DNA of 64,000 bases, taken from Heterodontus francisci. Taxonomy: Eukaryota. A model generated the notes under the pieces. The model did no database searches. It was not told the DNA's origin and worked only from the letters and a program-made list of their open reading frames with translations. The position numbers were made by a program, and so were the translations under genes. Each line of letters starts with the position of its first letter. The stretch's first letter is position 1. Location: positions 620,001-684,000 of the forward strand of contig NW_027140807.1 of NCBI RefSeq assembly GCF_036365525.1, in the 5' to 3' direction. Shown here one piece after another: positions 48,020-60,459 of this stretch.

Positions 48020-49480
48020 ATGTGCTGACCATGCGAAAGATAGGTTGGAAAACAAATTGTGAGGAGGGCACAAAGAGTGTGCAGAGGGATATAGATAGGT
48101 TAAGTGAGTGGGCAAAAAATTGCCAGATGGAGTATACTGTGGTCAAATGTGAGCTTGCCCAATTTGGCAGGAAGAATGGGAATTCAGAATATTATTTAAA
48201 TAGAGAGAGACTGCAGGACTCCACAGTACAGAGGGATCTGGGTGTCCTGGTACGTGAATCACAAAAAGTCAGCATGTAGGTACAGCGCGTGATTAGGAAG
48301 GCAAATGAAATGTTGTTGTTTATTGCAAGGGGAATCGAATTCAAAAGTAGGGAAGTGTTGCTACAGCTGTACAGGGCCTTAGTTAGACCACATCTGGAGT
48401 ACTGAGTAAAGTATTGGTCTACGTAATTAAGAAAGGACATAAATGCATTGGAATTAGTTCAGAGAAGGTTCACTCGGCTGATACCTGGGATGAAGGGGTT
48501 GTCTTATGAGGAAATGTTGAGCAGTTTGAGCCGATACCCACTGGAGTTTAGAAGAATGAGAGGTGATCTTACCGAGACATGTAATATTTTAAGGGGGATT
48601 GACAGCTTGGAAGCCGAGAGGATGTTTCCCCCTGGTGGGCGAATCTAGAACTAGGCAGCATAATTTCAAAATAAGTGATTGGCAGATGGAGCATAATGTG
48701 GGGAAGAATGAGGTTGTTCACTTTGGTTGTAAGAATATAATTTTTTACAAGGCGTGAATCTTCTCGATGTTGATGTTCAGAGAGGCTTGGGTGTCCCCGT
48801 ACATGAGACTCAGTAAGTTCACATGCAGGTGCAGCAAGAAATTAGCAAGGCAAATGGCCTGTTGGCCTTTATTGCTAGTGGGATTGGAGTACAGGAATAA
48901 GGAAGTCTTGTTACAATTGGCCAGCGCTTTGATAAGATCACACCTGCTTTACTGTACACAGTTGTGGTCTCCATATCCGAGGAAGGCTACACTTGCCTTG
49001 GTGGCAGTACAACGAAGGGTCACTCCATTGGTTCCTGGGATGAAAGGTTTGTCCTATGATGAGAGAGCCTGTAGTCTATGGAGTTTAGAAGAATGAAAGG
49101 TGATCTCAGTGAAACATACAAGATTCTGAAGGTGCTTGACTGGGTAGACACTGAGAAGTTGTTTCCCCTGGCTGGGGAATCTCTTGCAGCCTCAGGATAA
49201 GGGGCCAAGCATTTGGGACTGAGATAAGGAGAGGTTTCTTCACTCAAAGGGTGGTAAATCTTTGGAATTCTCTACCCCCGGGGGTGGTGGATGCTCCATC
49301 ATTGAATATATTTCAGGTTGTGATAGACAGATATGTGGTCACTGATGGACTGAAGGGATATGGGGAGCGGGTGGAAAAGTGGAGTTGAGTTAGAGGATCA
49401 GTCATGATGGTATTGAATGACAGAGCAGGATTGAGGTGCCGAATGGTCTACTCCTGCTCCGATTTCTCATGTTATTCTAA
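48020..49480 (+). mobile_element. Two tandem degenerate CR1 LINE 3' fragments
   Basis: QRDIDRLSEWA, VQRRFTRLIPGMKGLSYEE, and a second copy starting at ~48675. Confidence 0.85.
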
Positions 49481-50363
49481 AATCTAGTCATTTGATTCAT
49501 GATGATTCCATTAACACAATCGAAAAACCCGTTAACTTTAACTGCAGGCTCTTTACATCAGTCTTCACCTTTCAATGATCTGACCAGAATAATTCTCTGC
49601 TGGCCTCTTTCAGTATCTTCCCTGCAATTGGATTAATTTCTGGCCCCATCAACGTACATAACACAACATAAGCCTAAATTTAATGCCAGTTGCCATTGTG
49701 TGGCCTAATCCCCTGCCACAGGTAAATCACTTTGGATTCCACAGGACCCCTCTACTGTCTTAACCCGTGCACAGATTTTAGTGACATCTGCAAACATTCT
49801 TTTATTATTTCATTGGATGTGGGAGTCACTGGCCAGGCCAGCAATTATTGCCCATCCCGAATCGCCCTTGAGAAGGTGGTGGTGAGCTGCCTTCTTGAAC
49901 CGCTGCAGTCCATGTGAGGTGGGTACACCCACAGTGCTGTTAGGAAGGGAGTTCCAGGATTTTGACCCAGCGACAGTGAAGGAACGGCCGAAACAGTTCC
50001 AAGTCAGGATGGTGTGTGACTTGGAGGGGAACTTGCAGGTGGTGGTGTTCCCATGCATTTGCTGCACTTGTCCTTCTAGATTGAGGTCGCGGGTTTGGAA
50101 GGTGCTGTCGAAGGAGCCTTGGTGCGTTACTGCAGTGCATTGTGTAGCTGGTACACACTGCTGCCACTGTGTGTCTGTGGCGGAGGGAGTGAATATTTAA
50201 GGTGGTGTTTGTTTAGTTAGATTCCCCCAGCTGCTGTGGTGGGATTTGAACTCTTGTGCTCTGGATCATTCGGTCGAAGCCTCAGGATTACTAGTCCCAG
50301 TAACATAACAGCAATGCTACCATACCCCCAGAGACTGGGGTAAGGTGTATTACACAATTCCCA

Positions 50364-50691
50364 AGTTTTTGCCGTGTTTCCTTGCATTCTAGTTGCACTG
50401 TGTGTATCCTAGTGAGCCCCGCAGTAGTAAGTGCTGTTGTCTTGGAGCCAGGAGCTTTTCAAGGACAGAGGGAAAGTGTTGGCCTGAGTCTCGTGCTGGG
50501 TTTCAATCCTTTTCCTGTAGTTCGATGCAGAAAGTACACTCTATCTGATCCATTCCAGGCAGTCACCAATCTGCAAGTACCAGTCCAAACAACACTCAGT
50601 CATGTTGCCCTGCCCAATGCTTCTGTGGATCATGGGTTCCTCCACGGGAACCAGGGCGTTGACCGCTGGGGACTGGAGAACCATCTAACAT
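50364..50691 (-). pseudogene. V17 pseudogene (related to V16) with an intact RSS
   Basis: Manual translation VLQSPAV...DWYLQIGDCLEWIR*...RIETQHETQANTFPLSL...DNSTYYCGAH*; RSS CACAGTG (50396-50402)-23-GCAAAAACT; not in the ORF track. Confidence 0.85.
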
Positions 50692-52175
50692 CTAACAAGA
50701 TTCTTCACACAGGATGGCACATCAATGGGGAGAGAACGATACAGGGTTACAGGGAGGGACAGAGGCAAAGGCAGAAGAGAGGGAATAAGAAGGAGACAAA
50801 TTATTCTTCTCCAGTCACGCTGCGACATTCATACTTATATTTGCTCCACAGGTTAAGCCCAATTATAAATCAGATTTATTACATTGATAAAACTATAAAT
50901 GCACCAAAGTCGGAAGGATGAACACAAACCAGCTCAGTCTGCATCTGAGAAAGAGGAAAATTGGTAATGTTTCATGATGATACTCTGTCAGAATAATCCT
51001 AACTGCTGTTCACATCAAGGAACAGTAAATTATTTCAATTTGGTTGACGAGGAGATTATGTAAGCAATGCATAAAGTAACTATTCCAAACATTAATTTCA
51101 TCAACAATGGGACCAAATGGGGATAGTGGTGTTTCCTGTCTTAAAGCTGGAAAGCAGTAATATGGAAAGCAGATCTCAAACTACTTTGAGATTCTTTTCA
51201 GAGGAGGAGGCTCGTTATAAGCAGTGTGATCAAACCGCCCCTGCTGCTGTGGAAACTGCAGATAGGTCAAATAACCAGTGTCACTGGCGTTGTATTCCTT
51301 GCAGAGCACCCTCTGACCACATCATACCAACAAAACCTTAGAGGGGAACAGAGCCGGACAGGCAGAGGCCATCCCGGGGAACCCCACATAGGGAGAAATA
51401 AAGAGAGAATGAGAGAGAGAGAACAACTGGGCGGGAGCAAGGGAGAGGTAGAGTGAGGCAAAGACAGAGAGAGAGAGACAGACTGATCAACAAAGCCACT
51501 GAGAGATGGAATGATTCAGGGAAAATTAGTTCGAAAGAGAGAGAGAGAGAGAGATTGAGAGAACGAGTGACAGATAGAGAGAATGAGACAATAGGAGGTG
51601 TAGAGACAGACAGGGAGAGACAGAGACAGAGCGAAACAGAGACAGGAAATGAGAGGAGATAGGCAGAATTAATTAGAGACAGAGAGACAGAATGAGACTG
51701 AGTGCGTTTGAGAGAGAAATAGAGACAGACAGCAAGAGTAAGCGAGGAAATGAGAGGCGAGAAAGAGAGGGGAAGGAAAGAAGAGAGTGAGATAAAGAGA
51801 GAGAATGAGAATGGGTGTGCGTGTGAGAGACAGAAAGAGCAACAGAGCTGAGAGGAAATGAGAGAAGGAAAGAGAGACAGGGATAAAGAAAGAGAATGAG
51901 AGTGAGTGTGTGTGAGAGAGGAAAAATAACAAGAGCAACAGAGACAGAGAAACAGGCATGAAGAGAGAGAGAAAGGAAACAATTTTACAGAACAACATAA
52001 ACGATGTTTTTTAAATCAATATTGGTGAAGTCTGATGTGTTTCCTGGTCCTAGCTCGCCCTCTGCTGTCCCCCGGAGGAGAAAACCCCCCAAAAATACAA
52101 AAACAACTGCAGCACAAAAAAACACTAACAAATTCAACAATAACTTCAACAGGAAAAATAAAAGCACCAATGAAA

Positions 52176-52497
52176 AGGGCGGCACAGTGGCCCAGTTGTT
52201 AGCACCGCAGCCTCATAGCTCCAGCGACCCGGGTTCAATTCTGCCTGTGTGGAGTTTGCAAGTTCTCCCTGTGTCTGCGTGGGTTTCCTGTGGGTGCTCT
52301 GGTTTCCTCCCACATGCCATTATACATTGCCCGTGGTAAAGGTAGGTGGCAGGGAAATACAGGGACAGGTTGGGATGTGGTAGGAATATGGAATTAGTGT
52401 AGGATTAGTATAAATTGGTGGTTGGTGGTTGGCACAGACATGGTAGGCCGAAGGGCCTGTTTCAGTGCTGTATCTCTAAACTAAACTCTGAACTAAA
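52176..52497 (+). mobile_element. tRNA-derived SINE (HE1-like)
   Basis: A-box/B-box-like head GGCACAGTGG...GGGTTCAATTC, V-domain-like GTGTGGAGTTTGCA..TTCTCCC, (CTAAA)n tail. Confidence 0.75.
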
Positions 52498-53039
52498 CAA
52501 CTTCAACAGGAAAAACACCAACAAATTCAACAACAACTTATTACAGGAAAAACATCAACAAATTCAACAACAATTTCAACAGGACATAACACCAACAAAT
52601 ACAAAAACAACTTCAGTAGGAGAAAAACACCAACAAATTCAACAACAACTGCAGCAGGATAAAAACACCAGCAAATTCAACAACAACTTCAACAGGAAAA
52701 ACACCATCAAATTCAACAACGCTTTCAACAGGAAAAACACCAACAATGCCAACAACAGCTTTAGCAGGAGAAAAACATCAACAAAGTTAGCAACAACTTC
52801 AGCAGGAGAAAAACACCAATAAAATTGAACAACAACCTCAGCAGGAAAAACACCAACAAATTCAACAACCACCTCAACAGGAAAAACACCAACAAACTCA
52901 ACAACAACTTCAGCAGGTTGTCTGTTCCTGGGATCTTGCCTTGTAGAAACTGGCTTCCACTCTTCCTACATTACATCAGGGGCCGTACTTCGAAACAGTA
53001 GCAAAGAATATGGGAATAGAAAAACCTATGAGATTAGCA

Positions 53040-53362
53040 AAAAATGCGAGATCTTGGGATTCATAAATAAACGCAAAGCCTACAAAAACTAGTAAGTTAT
53101 GCTGAACCTTTATAATGCTCTAGTTAGGCCACAACTGGAGAATTGCTTCCAGTTCTGGTTATCACATTTTATGAAGGAGGTGAGGGTCATAGAGTGGGTG
53201 CAGAGGAGATTTACCAGAATAGTTCCAGGAATGGAGGATTTTAGTTACAAGGTTACGTTGGAGAAACTGGTGTTATTCTCCCTGGAGAAACTGAGATTGC
53301 GTGGAGACTTGATAGAGGTGTACAAGATTGTGACAGGTTTAGATAAAGATCACAAAGAAAAG
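53040..53362 (+). mobile_element. CR1 LINE fragment (paralog at 58780-59100)
   Basis: LVRPQLENCFQFW...VQRRFTRIVPG...LRGDLIEVYKI. Confidence 0.85.
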
Positions 53363-53925
53363 CTGCTACTCACCCAGGAGTCAGTCCCCCAGCTCCACTG
53401 ACTGGTCCCACAGTGTTGGTGTTCCTGCTACTCACCCAGGCGTCAGTCCCCCAGCTCCACTGACTGGTCCCACAGTGTTGGTGTTCCTGCTACTCACCCA
53501 GGAGTCAGTCCCCCAGCTCCACTGACTAGTCCCACAGTGTTGGTGTTCCTGCTACTCACCCAGGAGTCAGTCCCCCAGCTCCACTGACTAGTCCCACAGT
53601 GTTGGTGTTCCTGCTACTCACCCAGGCGTCAGTCCCTCAGCTCCACTGACTAGTCCCACAGTGTTGGTGTTCCTGCTCCTCACCCAGGAGTCAGTCCCCC
53701 AGCTCCACTGACTAGTCCCACAGTGTTGGTGTTCCTGCTACTCACCCAGGAGTCAGTCCCCCAGCTCCACTGACTGGTCCCACAGTGTTGGTGTTCCTGC
53801 TCCTCACCCAGGAGTCAGTCCCCCAGCTCCACTGACAAGTCCTACAGTGTTGGTGTTCCTGCTACTCACCCAGGAGTCAGTCCCCCAGCTCCACTGACTA
53901 GTCCCACATTGTTTGTGCTCCTGCT
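53363..53925 (+). repeat. 62-bp minisatellite (~9 copies), most carrying CACAGTG; single copy at ~59100-59165
   Basis: Period 62 (53431 to 53493); perfect heptamers at 53409, 53471, 53533, 53595, 53657, 53719 and 53781. Confidence 0.93.
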
Positions 53926-54555
53926 CCTCGCTCCAGCTGCAGGGAATTTACAGCACAGCAACAGGCCATTCGTCCCGATACATCCATGCTGGTCTTTTTG
54001 GTCCACACGAACGTTGTTCCACGCCCTCTTCATCGCGCCCCCAGCCACATATCCTTCTGTTCCTCTCTCCCTCATGTCCTATCCAGCATCCCCTCAGCTT
54101 AAATATATCTTCCCTATTCCCCTCAGCCTGTGATAATGAGTTCCACATTCTCCCCACTCTCTGGGTGAAGATGTTTCTCCCGAATTCCCAATTGGATTTA
54201 TGGCTGACTGTCTTATATTGATGCCCCACCCCTTTTTCTGGTCTCACCCGCAAATGAAAAAAAACTTCTCTACATTTATCTGATCAAAAACCCTTTCATA
54301 ATCTTAAAGAGCTCTATCAGGGCACTCCTGAGCCTTCTCTTTTCAAGCGATAAGAGCCCAATCTGTTCAGTCTTTTTCTGATCATTATAACCTCCCAGTT
54401 CTCGTATCATCCTTGAAGATATTTCCGTGCAACTTTTCCCCGACGTTCAATGCAACCTGTGTCTTCATCATGTCAAAGACATGTTCACACTGCAACAGGT
54501 AAACCCAACAGGATACAGAGCTGCAGGCCTTAATCTGAAACAGGTGTTTCTCTTG

Positions 54556-55086
54556 GTGTTTTGTTGAACTGCTCCGTCTCTCTGAGTCACTGTGCTGACT
54601 CCAGGCACAGAAATACAGGGCCGAGTGATTCTCCAGCAGGCTGGTGTACTCCAGGTTGAACTGGGAGCCAGTCGGTCGTTTGGCGTTGAAACCCTCCACC
54701 GTCCCCTCTGAGTTCACACCTGGTGTAGCTGTGGTGTAAAACATCAGCCGCGGCTCCTTCCCCGGTCCTGTCTGTACCAGAACATGTAACCGCTACTCTC
54801 ATCCTCCACACGGCACTCCAGTCCCACTCCCTCCCCAGGAAATCTGGAGATGGCGGTGGGATTCTGGCGGACCCTCGCGGAGATTGCGCCTGGGGGAAGA
54901 GACCGGGAGAGAAGAAAGTCAGTGAACATGGACAATCTGGGATGTGAAGAATGAAGGAAGAAGAGAAAGATAGAGAGAAAGAAAATAAGAAAGAGAGCTG
55001 TTAATAAAAACAATGGGGGTGTGGGGTGGTGGTGAGAAAGATCCTTTACTTTGAAATAAGACCATGAGACTCAGTAACAGATACAT
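54556..55086 (-). pseudogene. TRBV: TRBV pseudogene V18 (TRBV30-like), frameshifted
   Basis: Leader 55086-55050; V exon 54889-54595 with a 1-bp deletion near 54765; RSS CACAGTG (54588-54594)-23-ACAAAACAC. Confidence 0.88.
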
Positions 55087-56109
55087 CTTCCACTGGAAGC
55101 TTATCCTGCAATTGGGAAATCAGTGGAAAGAAGACAGTTGAGTCTTGTGAGGAGCCACATGTAGACTCAAGCAAGTGATTCAGGTTTGCACAACACCTCC
55201 CTCCCTGATGGGGAACCCACGCCCCTCTCTCTACCATTGGCTGCCAGTAGTTGCTGTGGCATTTATTGGTATCATTCTGCTGCTGAGGTTGTTGTTGTAT
55301 TTGCTGGTGTTTTTCTCCGACTGAGGTTGTTGAATTTGTTGGTGTTTGAATCTCCTGCTGATCTGTTGTTGAATTTGTTGGCCTTGTTCTCCTGCTGAGG
55401 TAGTTGTTGTGTTGGTTGGTGTTTTCCCTGCTGAGGTTTTTGTTGTACTTGTTGTTTTCTTCCCTGTTTAAATTGTTGTTCAATTTGGTTTTTGCATGTT
55501 GAGGTTGTTGATGTATTTTTGGTGCGGTTATTTTCTATTTTTTAATTCATTCATGGGATTTTGGGCGATGCTGGTTGAGGTCAGCATTTATTGTCCATCC
55601 CTAATTGCCCCTTGAGAAGGTGGTGGTGAGCTGCCTTCGTGAACCACTGCAGTCCATGTAGTGTAGGTACACCCACAGTGCTGTTAGGAAGGGAGTTTCA
55701 GGATTTTGACCCAGCGACAATGAAGGAACGGTGATATAGTTCCAAGTCACGATGGTGTGTGACTTGGAGGGGACCTTGCAGGCGGTGGTGTCCCCATGCT
55801 TCTGCTGCCCTTGTCCATCTAGTTGGTAGAGGCCGCGGGTTTGGAAGGTGCTGTCGAAGGAGCCTTGGTGCATAACTGCAGTGCTTTTTGCAGCTGGTAC
55901 ATACTGCTTCCACTGTGCGTCGGTGGTGGTGGGAGTGAATATTTAAGGTGATGTTTGTTTAGTTAGATTCCCCCAGAAGCTGTGGTGGGATTTGACCTCC
56001 TGTGCTCTGGATTATTCAGTCGAGGCCTCTGGATTACTAGTCCCAGTAACATAACAGCTATACTACCATACCCCCAAAGACTGGGGGAAGGTGTATTACA
56101 TCATTCCCG

Positions 56110-56431
56110 AGTTTATGCCGTGTTTCCTTGCATTCTAGTTACACTGTGTGTGTACTTGTGAGCCGCGCAGTAGTAAGTGATGTTGTCTTGTGCACGGGAG
56201 CTTTTCAAGGACAGAGTCAAAGTGTTGGCTTGAGTCTCGTGCTGGGTTTCAATCCTTTTCCTGCATTTAGATGCAGAAAGTACACTCTATCTAATCCATT
56301 CCAGGCAGTCACCAATCTGCAAGTACCAGTCCATACCAGTCATGTTGCCCTGCCCAATACTGCTGTGGAACGTGGTTACCTCCCCAGGAACCAGGGCGTT
56401 GGCCGCCGGGGACTGGAGAACCATCTAACAT
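56110..56431 (-). pseudogene. V19 pseudogene (duplicate of V17)
   Basis: Shares the LEWIR* stop; ends YYCAAH; RSS CACAGTG (56142-56148)-23-GCATAAACT. Confidence 0.82.
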
Positions 56432-56976
56432 CTGACAAGATTCTTCACACAGGATGGCAGATCAATGGGGAGAGAACGATAGAGGGTTACAGGGAGGGAC
56501 AGAGGCAAAAGCAGAAGAAAGGGATTAAGAAGGAGACAAAATAATTTCCTCCAGTCACGCTGCTGCCTTCACACTTCTATTTGCTCGACAGGTTAAGCCC
56601 AATTATAAATCAGATTTATTACATTGATAAAACTATAAATGTGCCAAACCCGGAAGGATGAACACAAACCAGCTCAGTCTGCATCTGAGAAAGAGGAAAA
56701 TTGGTAATGTTTAAGGATGATACTCTGTTAAAAGAATCCTAAATGCTGTTCAGATCAAGGAACAGTAAATTATTTCAGTTTGGTTGACGAGCTGATGATG
56801 TATAACAATGCATAAAGTAACTATTACGAACATTAATTTCATCAACAGTGGTACCAAATGGGGATAGTGGTGTTTCCTGTCTTAAAGGTGGAAAGCAGAA
56901 ATATGGAATGGCAAGGAATCATGACCAGTATCTCCGAATAACACTTCAGTATCTTCTGTCAGCAGATCTCTAACTA

Positions 56977-57298
56977 GTTTGGTTTAGTTTAGAGATAGAG
57001 CACTGAAACAGGCCCTTCTGCCCACCGAGGCTGTGCCGACCATCAACCACCCATTTATACGAATCCGATACTAATTCCATATTCCTACCACATTCCCACC
57101 TGTCCCTATATTCCCCTACCACCTACCTATACAAGGGGCAAATATATAATGGCCAATTAACCTATCAACCAGCAAGTCTTTGGCATGTGGGAGGAAACCG
57201 GAGCACCCGGAGGAAACCCACGCAGACACAGGGAGAACTTGCAAACTCCACACAGGCAGTACCCAGAATTGAACCCGGGTCGCTGGAGCTGTGAGGCT
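56977..57298 (-). mobile_element. tRNA-derived SINE (HE1-like), absent from the paralogous site near 51180
   Basis: Reverse complement of the 52176 element family. Confidence 0.75.
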
Positions 57299-59756
57299 GG
57301 ATCTGTGAGATTCGTTTCAGAGGAGGAGGCTCGTTATAAGCAATGTGATCAAACCGCCCCGCTACTGTGGAAACTGCAGACAATGTCGCTGGCATTGTAT
57401 TCCATACAGAGCACCCTCAGGCCACATCATACCAACAAAATCTTGGAGGGCAACAGAGCTGGACAGGCAGAGGCCATCCCAGGGAACCCCACATAGGGAG
57501 AGATAAAGAACGAGTGAGAGAGAGAGGACAGCTGAGAGGGAGCAAGGGAGAGGTAGAGTGAGGCAAAGACAGAGAGAGAGAGACAGACTGATCAACAAAG
57601 CCACTGAGAGATGGAATGATTCAGGGAAAATTAGTTCGAAAGAGAGAGAGAGAGAGAGATTGAGAGAACGAGTGACAGATAGAGAGAATGAGGCAATAGG
57701 AGGTGTAGAGACAGACAGGGAGAGACAGAGACAGAGCGACACAGAGGCAGAAAATGAGAGGAGATTGTAAGAATTAATGAGAGAGAGAGAGAGAATAAGA
57801 GTGAGTGTGTGTGAGAGAGAAATGGAGACAGACAGCAAGAGTAAGCAAGGAAATGAGAGGCGGGAAAGAGAGGGGAAGGAAAGAAGAGAGTGAGATAAAG
57901 AGAGAGAATGAGATTGGGTGCGTGTGTGAGAGACAGAAAGAGCAACAGAGCAGAGAGGAAATGAGAGAAGGAAGGAGAGACAGTGATAAAGAGAGAGAAT
58001 GAGAATGTGTGAGAGAGGAAAGATAACAAGAGCAACAGAGAGAGAGAGAAACAGACATGAAGAGAGAGAGCCAAGAAACAATTTTACTGAACAATGTTAA
58101 CCTTTTTAAAAAATCAATATTGGTGAAGTCTGCTGTTCCCCTGGAGGAGAAACCCCCCACCAAAATACAAAAACAACGGCAGCAGAATAAAAATACGAAC
58201 AAATTGAACAATAACTTCAACAGGAGGAAAGAAAAACAACAATAAATTCAATAACAACCTCAACAAGAAAGACACAAACAAATTCAACAACAACCTCAAC
58301 AGGAAATAGCACAAATAAATACAACAACTTAAAGAGGAAAAAGCACCAACAAATTCAACAACAACTTCAACAGGAAAAGCACCAACAAGTTCAACAACAA
58401 ATTCAAATGGGAAAATACCAACAAATTCAACAACAACTTTAACAGGAGAAAAACACCTCCAAGTTCAACAACAAACTCAACAGGAAAAACGCCAACAAAT
58501 TCAACAACAACCTCAACAGGAAAAACAGCAACAAAGTCAACAACTTCAGCGGGAGGAAACACCAACAAAGTCAACAACAACTTCAGCAGGAGAAAAACAG
58601 CAAATTCAACAGAAACTTCAGCAGGAGAAAAACACCAACAGATTCAACAACAACTTCAGCAGGATCTGCACGTTGTCTGTTCATGGGATCTTGCCTTTTA
58701 GAAAGTGACTGCCACTGTTCCTACATTACAGCAGTGGCCGTACTTCGAAACAGTAGCAAAGAATATGGGAATAGCAAAACATGCGAGATCTTGGGCTTCA
58801 TAAATAGAGCCATTGAGTGCAAAAACTGGGAAGTTATGCTGAACCTTTATAAAGCTCCGGTTAGGCCACAACTGCAAACTTGCATCCAGTTCTGGTCACC
58901 ACAATTTAGGAAGGAGGTGAGGTTCCTTGAGAGGGTGCAGAGGAGATTTACCAGAATCGTTCCAGGAATGGAGGATTTTAGTTACAAGGTTAGGTTGGAG
59001 AAGCTGGGGTTGTTCTCCCTGGAGAAACTGAGATTGCGTGGAGACCTGATAGAGGTGTACAAGATTGTGACAGGTTTAGATAAAGATTACAAAGAAAAGC
59101 TGCTCCTCACCCAGGAGTCAGTCCCCAGCTCCACTGACTAGTCCCACAGTGTTGGTGTTCCTGCTCTTCGCTCCAGCTGCAAGGAATTTACAGCCCGACA
59201 CGTCCTTGCCGACCTTTTTGGTCCACACGAACGTCGTTCCACGCCCTCTTCATCTCGCCCCCAGCCACATCTCCTTCTGTTCCTCTCTCCCTCATGTCCT
59301 ATCCAACTGCCCCCCTCCCCCCCAGCTTAAATACATCTTCCCTATTCCTTTCATCCTGTGGTACTGAGTTCCACATTCTCCCCACTCTCTGGGTGAAGAT
59401 GTTTCTCTCAAATTTCCAATTGGATGTTTTGGTGACTGTATTATATTGACGCACCTGCCCCGTTTTTACTGGTCTCACCCGCAAATGCAAACATTTTTCT
59501 CTACATTTATCTGATCAAGACCCCTTTCATCATCTTAAATAGCTCGATCAGGTCACTCCTCAGCCTTCTCTTTTCTAGAGAAAAGAGCCCCAGTCTGTTC
59601 AGTCTTTTCCTGATCATTATAACCTCTCACTTCTCGTATCATCCCTGAACATCTTTCTGTGTCTTCTTCATGTCGAAGACATGTTCACACTGCAGTAGGT
59701 AAACCCAACAGGATACAGAGCTGCAGGCTTTTATCTGAAACAGGTGTTTCTGTTGG

Positions 59757-59985
59757 TGTTTTTGTTGAACTGCTCCATCTCTCTGAGTCACTGTGCAGAC
59801 TCCAGGCACAGCAATGCATGGCCGAGTGATTCTCCCACAGGCTGGAGGACTCCAGGTTGAACTGGGCGTCAGTCGGTCACTTGGCGCTGAAACCCCCCAC
59901 CGTCCCCTCTGAAATCACACTTGGTACAGCTGGGGAGTAAAACATTATTTTGAAATAAGACCATGAGACTCAGTAACAGATACAT
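59757..59985 (-). pseudogene. TRBV: TRBV pseudogene V20 (paralog of V18): leader fused out of frame to the 3' half of the V exon
   Basis: Leader ATG 59985; junction ~59946; RSS CACAGTG (59789-59795)-23-ACAAAAACA. Confidence 0.85.
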
Positions 59986-60459
59986 CTTCCACTGGAAGCT
60001 TATCCTGCAATTGGAAAATCAGTGGAAAGAAGAGAATTGAGTCTTGTGAGAAGCCACATGAAGATTCAAGCAAGTGATTCAGGTTTGCACAACACCTCCC
60101 TCCCTGATGGGAAACCCACGCCCCTCTCTCTACCATTGGCTGCCAGTAGTTGTTGTTGCATTTGTTGGTATAATTTTGAAGTTGTTGTTGTATTTGTTAT
60201 TGTATTTGCTGGTGTTTTTCTCCAACTGAGGTTGTTGAATTTGCTGGTGTTTGAATCTCCTGCTGATCTGTTGTTGAATTTGTTGACGCTGTTCTCCTGC
60301 TGAGGTAGTTGTTGTTTTTGTTGGTGTTTTCCCTGCTGAGGTTTTTGTCGTACTTCTTGTTTCCTTCCCTGCTTAAGTTGTTGAATTTTTTTTATGTTGA
60401 GGTTGTTGTTTTAATTTGCAGTTTTTTTCCCTGCTGAGGTTATTTTCCGTTTTTTAGCT

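Noticed and set aside
52176-52245. tRNA-like sequence
   Set aside because: It is a SINE head, not a complete tRNA
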